A stretch of DNA of 63,899 nt, filler included, from Collodictyon triciliatum (Eukaryota): assembly GCA_043381765.1 (NCBI GenBank). It is 10 parts of 10 records of this genome, joined end to end, with 100 filler letters (N's around TTAATTAATTAA, not from the genome) between each part and the next. Parts side by side here need not be neighbours in the genome. Positions count along the whole stretch, not along the records: positions 52,868 to 59,327 come from JBHJMP010004418.1; positions 59,428 to 63,899 come from JBHJMP010004504.1; 8 more parts are not named here. The stretch is one strand, 5' to 3'. The position numbers and the translations under genes were made by a program. This document shows positions 58,190 through 63,899 of the stretch, piece by piece. Within the stretch, counting starts at the first letter, position 1. Each line of letters starts with the position of its first letter. The notes below the pieces were generated by a model. The model ran no database searches and had not been told where the DNA came from. It saw only the letters and a program-made list of their open reading frames with translations.

Positions 58190-59192
58190 ATGTCGGGCGA
58201 TCAGGTCAAGATCCAAATCAAATGCCTCGAATCCGCCAATATTCAGCTGGAGGTACCTCGCAACGTGAGTGGTTTCCTTTCTATATTCTGCTTAACTAAC
58301 TCTACACTTCTGCGGTTCATTTTTAACAAGCCGATCGACTTTATCCTGCCCTCAGATCTCTGTCCCAGAGTTGAAGAGGCTGATCCATGAAAAGTCTGGA
58401 ATCCCTGTGCAGACGCAAAGACTGATTTTCCGAGGCCGAGTTCTCAAAGACACTCAGGACCTAACTGCTTTTCGTGCGTATATTGCTCTTTGGGACATAT
58501 ACAATTCAATAAGCCTATGTCATGCATACTTCTGGACATACTTTTTCCATGTGATTGTATATATTTGAACCTTTAACATCCTCTGGTAAAAATGCAAACA
58601 CCGAAAATCAGAAATCGAAGATGGAACCACTTTGCATCTTGTTACACGTCCTCCAGAAGCAGATACACCGGCTCCTTCTGCTTCTGCTTCTGCTTCGCCA
58701 TCTGCATCAGCAAATACTCGTCAAGTGCCCAACCCTGCACAGTACCAGCCAACTCATCCCCACAACGCACACCCTCGTAAGTTGTCACATGCACAGTCAT
58801 CCATCATTGATGCCATGAATTAATTCTTGGCCGGTGCATGACCTAATTATTCACGTTAATATGCTGCTCATGTCTTCAGATGTATTTTTGTATTGTATTA
58901 TACATATATTTGCAGTTATCTGTAAAAGTTCCTAACTCAAGCTTGTAGTGCCTTAATGAATAACACATATATTACATACAAATTGCGCATTTTAGCTCGC
59001 TGATTTCTTCCTCCTCCTACCATATCCTTTTTTCTTCTTTCTCTATTAGCCCATCCGCAGTTTACTTATATGCCAGTACCTGGCGGTCTTCCCGGAATGA
59101 TGATGGGCACTGTGCAAATACCGGACAACGGAAATCCTGATATCAACCAAATCATGAGTTCAGTACTTCAATCTGTCGGCCTCGGAAATATG
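58190..59192 (+). CDS. N-terminal ubiquitin-like domain protein (BAG6/CIP73-like), 3' truncated
   Basis: VKIQIKCL, ELKRLIHEKSGIPVQTQRLIFRGRVLKD and IEDGTTLHLVTRPP, then a Pro/Ser-rich linker and MMMGTV...DINQIMSSVL. Confidence 0.72.
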
Positions 59193-59227
59193 GTTCCATT
59201 TATTCTGATCCACCCTCCATAGAAATT

Positions 59228-59327
59228 AAAATAAACCAAATAAACCAAATAAACCAAATAAACCAAATAAACCAAATAAACCAAATAAACCAAATAAACC
59301 AAATAAACCAAATAAACCAAATAAACC
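59228..59327. repeat. (AAATAAACC)n repeat at contig end
   Basis: Direct reading. Confidence 0.95.
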
Positions 59328-59427
59328 NNNNNNNNNNNNNNNNNNNNNNNNNNNNNNNNNNNNNNNNNNNNTTAATTAATTAANNNNNNNNNNNNNNNNN
59401 NNNNNNNNNNNNNNNNNNNNNNNNNNN

Positions 59428-59520
59428 GTAGTAATTTGGCTTTCAGCTAATCGCGTTTTTTAGTGGCCAAGCCAGCAGCAGGAACAATATTCCCCAAACT
59501 GCGTTAAGCCCCAGAACGTT
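59428..59520 (+). repeat. attC-like site, family A, copy 1 (3' half; contig starts inside it)
   Basis: Ends CCCAAACTGCGTTAAGCCCCAGAACGTT with GTT at 59518-59520. Confidence 0.88.
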
Positions 59521-59535
59521 AGCGGCAACCTTAAT

Positions 59536-60459
59536 ATGACAAACCCTCCTAGAAACCACCACTACGTGCCTCAATGTTATTTGAATTCTTTTACAAACTC
59601 CCAAAAGAAATTTTGGAAGATGCGTATTGATAATAATAGGATTTCAGAAACTATGCCTGTTAAGGTCTGCTATGAAATTGATTCAAATCGATTTAGAAAC
59701 AAGCAATTACTAGAAATAAATAATCTTGACGATGAATATTTCATCGAAAAACACTCCTTTAAAATTCAGGAAAATAATTTTAGTAAAGCTCTTCATGAAT
59801 TAATCAAGTTCAAAAAAGAGCAAATAATAATTGATAAAACAAGGCACCAAATTTTTCTTGAAACACTGGTTACTATAAAGAGAAGGAATCCCGATTCAAG
59901 AAACAAAATAATTCAAGTTTTTAAGGAAAGCTATCAAACTCAGGAGGGCATTCAAAAATTTTTAGAATTTTTTTTAGAAGAATCGGGCAATCAAAAGATT
60001 ACTCCAGAGATCAAAATTAATATAAAGAATTTTCTTGCAAACGAGTCACAGGATCCCAATCGTCTTCATGATATGTATCTTAGTGCTTACTTGAACAAGG
60101 TCGATTATACAACGATTGCCAATATAACCCGTGATTTCTATCATTTAAAGCAATATATACTCCATACTCCTATAGGTCAACAGTTTATAACTTCAGACAA
60201 TCCCGGTTTTACATTAGCGGGCAATACAATCATTAGTCTTGGCGGTTTAGGAGGTCGATTTGAATTTTATTTTCCGCTTTCGCCAACAACCTGTCTTTAT
60301 CTGAAATCAACAGATATAGAGCAAACCGATGCTATCGAAAAAATAATATATCCAGTGATGATTAACAAGTCTGACGTAACCCAAATCAATAAAGCAACAA
60401 AATCAATAAGCATGAAAAATGTTTTTGCTTATAATAAGGAAACACTAGAAAAATTGTAG
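59536..60459 (+). CDS. DUF4238 domain protein (cassette 1)
   Basis: N-terminal HHYVPQCYL, FITSDNP and YFPLSP motifs; 307 aa, intronless. Confidence 0.85.
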   Translation: MTNPPRNHHYVPQCYLNSFTNSQKKFWKMRIDNNRISETMPVKVCYEIDSNRFRNKQLLEINNLDDEYFIEKHSFKIQENNFSKALHELIKFKKEQIIIDKTRHQIFLETLVTIKRRNPDSRNKIIQVFKESYQTQEGIQKFLEFFLEESGNQKITPEIKINIKNFLANESQDPNRLHDMYLSAYLNKVDYTTIANITRDFYHLKQYILHTPIGQQFITSDNPGFTLAGNTIISLGGLGGRFEFYFPLSPTTCLYLKSTDIEQTDAIEKIIYPVMINKSDVTQINKATKSISMKNVFAYNKETLEKL

Positions 60460-60468
60460 GCAGCCGCT

Positions 60469-60627
60469 AACAATAGGCTTTACGCAATTTGGGTTTCAGT
60501 AATGGCCAATCAGCTTTGGTAGTGCTAATCAACTGTAGTAATTTGGCTTTCAGCTAATCGCGTTTTTTAGTGGCCAAGCCGGCAGCAGGAACAATATTCC
60601 CCAAACTGCGTTAAGCCCCAGAACGTT
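60469..60627 (+). repeat. attC-like site, family A, copy 2 (159 bp from AAC to GTT)
   Basis: AACAATAGGCTTTACGCAATTTGGG...CCCAAACTGCGTTAAGCCCCAGAACGTT; arms 15/17 complementary. Confidence 0.9.
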
Positions 60628-60639
60628 GTGCGCAATTTT

Positions 60640-61257
60640 ATGAACCCTGTACGTTTAGAAGATACTATAAAATTTTTGAAGGATAATATCGATCCACTTG
60701 AAGATATTGCATATGGTCCTGGCTATAGAGCTTCAGTATTTTTATTAGATGGTACATATTTGCCATGCGTCATTTTCCGAAATTCTAAAACAATAATTGA
60801 CTTAGCTATAAATCGGTTTAAAAAAGAGCAGACAGCCAACAATTTATTTCAAAGGTTTTCAAATCGTAAATATAGAGAAGCTGTAAAGACATTTGTTGCT
60901 AGTGGTAATAGTATAAAACTTAGTGATATTGGAAAGGTCCAAAAAAGTCGTTTTGCTTTTCCAATAAGTATCCACAATCAAATAAAGGGAGAAACTGCAA
61001 TGAGTTGGACTGCATTTGTTGCAAAATTCAAAGATGGAAGATTCCTTAGTTTTGGTACAACTTGGAATTGGGAATTTTTTGATTTGCCTGAAAATTATCT
61101 TGTAGAGGATATTATTGAAATAATAAATCATAGCTATATAACAAAAACAGGCGAGATTATTCGACACGGATCTATAGATAGGGCACTTCAATGGGATAAA
61201 TTAGAAACAATTCATAGACCACGTCAATTTTTTGATTGTTATTTAGATCATTTGTAA
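60640..61257 (+). CDS. Hypothetical protein (cassette 2), 205 aa
   Basis: ORF fills the cassette; ATG 60640 preferred over GTG 60628, which lies inside the recombination core. Confidence 0.8.
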   Translation: MNPVRLEDTIKFLKDNIDPLEDIAYGPGYRASVFLLDGTYLPCVIFRNSKTIIDLAINRFKKEQTANNLFQRFSNRKYREAVKTFVASGNSIKLSDIGKVQKSRFAFPISIHNQIKGETAMSWTAFVAKFKDGRFLSFGTTWNWEFFDLPENYLVEDIIEIINHSYITKTGEIIRHGSIDRALQWDKLETIHRPRQFFDCYLDHL

Positions 61258-61289
61258 CATGACTTAAATGAAAATATAATACTGCGCAC

Positions 61290-61448
61290 AACAATAGGCT
61301 TTACGCAATTTGGGTTTTAGCAATGGCCCATCAGCTTTGGTAGTGCTAATCAACTGTAGTAATTTGGCTTTCAGCTAATCGCGTTTTTTAGTGGCCAAGC
61401 CAGCAGCAGGAACAACTTTCCCCAAACTGCGTTAAGCCCCAGAACGTT
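61290..61448 (+). repeat. attC-like site, family A, copy 3 (159 bp)
   Basis: Same arms as copy 2, with a few central substitutions. Confidence 0.9.
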
Positions 61449-61474
61449 AGCTGTAATTTTTAAATAGAATCTGT

Positions 61475-62326
61475 ATGAAAAACCTCTTAGTATTTCTTAC
61501 TACAATTATTTCTTTTAATTCTTTGTCTCAAACAGTAAGCAAATCAAAATATGGAGACAATTCTTCAATAGGAAAATATGCAAACATTAGAGGGATTAAA
61601 ATGTATTATGAAATATATGGGACAGGAGAACCTATATTGTTAATTCATGGTAACAGCGGCTCCATAACTGACATGACTAATCAAATTGAATATTTTTCTA
61701 AGAAATACAAAGTCATTGTTGCGGATAGCCGAGATCATGGCAAAACATTAGACACATTGAGTATGACTGACACACTGAGTTATGAGATGATGGCTGATGA
61801 CTATAATTCTTTATTAGATTTTTTACAAGTTGACTCTGTTAATGTTATTGGTTGGAGTGATGGAGGCATAAATGGACTTTTATTAGCCATGAATCATCCG
61901 AGAAAAGTGAAAAAACTTGTGTCAATGGGAGCAAACCTTTGGTCTGACACAACTGCGCTTGATCCATTCTTTCATAACATTTTCAAGATGCAATATTCAA
62001 TGATGCAAAAAAGACCAATGACAACTGAAAATAAGGTCATTCTTAGACACTATAAATTAATTATGACACAACCTAATATTTCGACGCAACAATTAAAGAA
62101 AATTAAGTGCCCTACATTGGTTGTAGCTGGCGACCATGATGCTGTTAAAGTTCAACATACAGCACTAATTGCTCAAAGCATACCTAATTCAAATTTATGG
62201 ATAGCGCCAAATGCTGGACATGGATTAATGGTATTTCAATATAAAGACAAATTTAACACAGAGGTCGAGGACTTTTTTAATAGAAAGTTTAAGAAGATTC
62301 AAGGATACGATATGTTCAAAAACTAA
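61475..62326 (+). CDS. Secreted alpha/beta hydrolase (cassette 3)
   Basis: Signal-peptide-like N-terminus, LLIHGN, GWSDGG nucleophile elbow, GDHD and AGH. Confidence 0.9.
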   Translation: MKNLLVFLTTIISFNSLSQTVSKSKYGDNSSIGKYANIRGIKMYYEIYGTGEPILLIHGNSGSITDMTNQIEYFSKKYKVIVADSRDHGKTLDTLSMTDTLSYEMMADDYNSLLDFLQVDSVNVIGWSDGGINGLLLAMNHPRKVKKLVSMGANLWSDTTALDPFFHNIFKMQYSMMQKRPMTTENKVILRHYKLIMTQPNISTQQLKKIKCPTLVVAGDHDAVKVQHTALIAQSIPNSNLWIAPNAGHGLMVFQYKDKFNTEVEDFFNRKFKKIQGYDMFKN

Positions 62327-62336
62327 AACTACAGCT

Positions 62337-62495
62337 AACAATAGGCTTTACGCAATTTGGGTTTCAGCAATGGCCCTTCAGCTTTGGTAGTACTAATCAA
62401 CTGAAGTAATTTGGCTTTCAGCTAATCGCGTTTTTTATTGGCCAAGCCAGCAGCAGGAACAATATTTCCCAAACTGCGTTAAGCCCCAGAACGTT
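62337..62495 (+). repeat. attC-like site, family A, copy 4 (159 bp)
   Basis: Same arms as copy 2. Confidence 0.9.
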
Positions 62496-62685
62496 ATCAG
62501 CTACTCAGCTGCGGCGCAGATCCCGGCTGTGGGTTTGGTTACCTTGGGCAAAAGAGCGAATGATTATTCAAGGCGGCTTTAATCAACCCAGCTATTGAAC
62601 AAGGCTGAACAGGATAGCAGTATTATTAATGGAGTCTCTAATAATTTCTAGAGAGCGATTAATATAAATTCAATGAGCAGCTTAT
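62496..62685. other. ORF-less cassette 4, 190-bp unique region with several inverted repeats (candidate ncRNA)
   Basis: Ends GTTATCAGCTACTCA / TGAGCAGCTTATAAC complementary at 13/15; no ORF of 60 aa or more; internal stems. Confidence 0.7.
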
Positions 62686-62844
62686 AACAATAGGCTTTAC
62701 GCAATTTGGGTTTCATCAATGGCCCATCAGCTTTGGTAGTGCTAATCAACTGTAGTAATTTGGCTTTCAGCTAATCGCGTTTTTTAGTGGCCAAGCCAGC
62801 AGCAGGAACAACTTTCCCCAAACTGCGTTAAGCCCCAGAACGTT
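62686..62844 (+). repeat. attC-like site, family A, copy 5 (159 bp)
   Basis: Same arms as copy 2. Confidence 0.9.
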
Positions 62845-62856
62845 GTACGAAATTCT

Positions 62857-63537
62857 ATGAAAGACCCTAAAAATATATTGGCTTTTTTTATCCCATATTT
62901 AACCATATGTGGGGTTCTCTACAATCTAGCTTTTTGGGAAACATTTGGACTTAATGGACTAGAACATATTGATATTTCTAAAATAATTCAATCCTCAATT
63001 TACCCAATTTATTCATCATTATTTTTCATCATAATTCTTATTTATAGCCGACTTGAAAAACACTTGGTTGAAACAGTCGACATAAATGGTACTAATATTG
63101 TTTTTTCAAAAACATGGAAACGAAATTTATTTTTTATTATTTGGGCCATAGCTTCTACTATTATCTATCAGCATGACTTTATGCCATTCCGATGGCAGGC
63201 TTTTAGCTTTGTTGTTTCGTTAATGCCTACTATTCAAATTTTTGAAACCAAAATACTTATAAAAACTTTTCCTAAAAACTTATCTAGATTGTATATAATA
63301 TTTATAGTATGTTTTGGTATATCAATATCATACGGCTCTGGTAAATATCAAAGTGAATTAATTTTTAGCAACAAAAAATATAAATACATAATCAGTAATC
63401 CATCTAACCTAAAAAGCGACACTTTAAAACTTATTGGATCATCTGATAAAGATTTTTTCTTTACAGACATAAATAATCGAAAAACAATTATAATAAAAGA
63501 AAGAATGATTGATACGTTGATTTTATTTGACAAATAA
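62857..63537 (+). CDS. Hypothetical integral membrane protein (cassette 5)
   Basis: 226-aa ORF with about five hydrophobic segments filling the cassette. Confidence 0.8.
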   Translation: MKDPKNILAFFIPYLTICGVLYNLAFWETFGLNGLEHIDISKIIQSSIYPIYSSLFFIIILIYSRLEKHLVETVDINGTNIVFSKTWKRNLFFIIWAIASTIIYQHDFMPFRWQAFSFVVSLMPTIQIFETKILIKTFPKNLSRLYIIFIVCFGISISYGSGKYQSELIFSNKKYKYIISNPSNLKSDTLKLIGSSDKDFFFTDINNRKTIIIKERMIDTLILFDK

Positions 63538-63548
63538 TAACTTCGTAC

Positions 63549-63738
63549 AACAAAAGGTTTGGCGTTATGTCTGCTTGACGAATTAATCATCAACAACAAA
63601 TCGCTAATCAACTGTTGTTCTCAGCTTACCTTACGCTATTGGGCTGACAATTTTTACAATCAACTAATTATCTTTACTCAACACCAGTTCCAAGCTTGAC
63701 AGAACGCTATGCAGCCACAACGCCAAGCCTCGAACGTT
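63549..63738 (+). repeat. attC-like site, family B (190 bp, different sequence, same architecture)
   Basis: AACAAAAGGTTTGGCGTTATGTCTGC...GCAGCCACAACGCCAAGCCTCGAACGTT; arms 16/19 complementary. Confidence 0.82.
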
Positions 63739-63761
63739 GCCTGCAATATTAAACAACTGGT

Positions 63762-63899
63762 ATGAGAATTTTCCTAATAGTCTTTCTACTTCCCCTTCTT
63801 TCACATGGGCAAATAATTTACAAAGCCAAAATCATAAGTTCAACAACAAAGCAAAGTGTTCCTTATGCGACAGTCGCTTTATTGAGAGCAAATATTGGA
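63762..63899 (+). CDS. Secreted protein with carboxypeptidase-regulatory-like domain (cassette 6), runs off window
   Basis: MRIFLIVFLLPLLSHGQIIYKAKIISSTTKQSVPYATVALLRANIG: signal peptide plus the G.I.D..T..P.PYATV-type start common in Bacteroidota. Confidence 0.65.
   Translation, partial: MRIFLIVFLLPLLSHGQIIYKAKIISSTTKQSVPYATVALLRANIG

Larger units (their letters stand above)
59428..63899 (+). mobile_element. Bacterial integron-like gene cassette array (6 cassettes; no integrase within window)
   Basis: Co-oriented single-ORF units, each opening with GTT and closing with a complementary ...AAC, separated by long palindromic-armed repeats. Confidence 0.9.

Noticed and set aside
59228-59327. 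Telomere-like repeat at a contig end
   Set aside because: It follows a splice donor within a gene, and other contig ends carry different microsatellites, consistent with assembly breaks at intronic repeats
60469-60627. Bacteroidota -7 promoter (TAnnTTTG) inside the repeat
   Set aside because: Only near-matches on the + strand (GTAATTTG, CAGCTTTG); cannot be supported without TSS data
59428-62844. CRISPR array interpretation of the regularly spaced repeats
   Set aside because: Repeats are 159 bp and the intervening units are whole genes of 0.2-0.95 kb; no cas genes are visible
63348-63611. Minus-strand ORFs in the cassette array (also 60859-61191)
   Set aside because: They overlap better-supported plus-strand genes and, for 63348-63611, an attC-like site

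Overview
The window is not one locus. It is ten short contigs, mostly about 6.5 kb, joined by artificial 100-bp spacers (44 N + TTAATTAATTAA + 44 N), so neighbours across spacers are unlinked. Contigs 1-9 (1-59327) are intron-rich eukaryotic DNA, probably from a heterotrophic protist. They carry WDR27, a decayed Zn-alcohol dehydrogenase, a ROCO kinase with LRRs on both sides, sestrin, kaptin, an intronless isocitrate lyase, a DHHC palmitoyltransferase, an importin-alpha/TMCO6-like ARM protein, a TAAC-like SLC25 carrier, PGAP1, DHX16, a CCCH protein, mitochondrial uL3, ABCB1, an RGS-GRAM-cNMP-GRAM-cNMP protein and a BAG6-like UBL protein, plus many microsatellites. Contig 10 (59428-63899) is bacterial and looks like Bacteroidota. 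It is the highlight: an integron-like array of six co-oriented cassettes separated by long (159 and 190 bp) attC-like hairpin sites. Each cassette's start is complementary to its own end over 13-17 nt. The sites show no obvious canonical extrahelical bases but have position-conserved A.C mismatches (G.T on the bottom strand). One cassette is ORF-less and structured. No integrase is visible in the window. All gene calls come from manual reading and motif recognition; exon boundaries are approximate.
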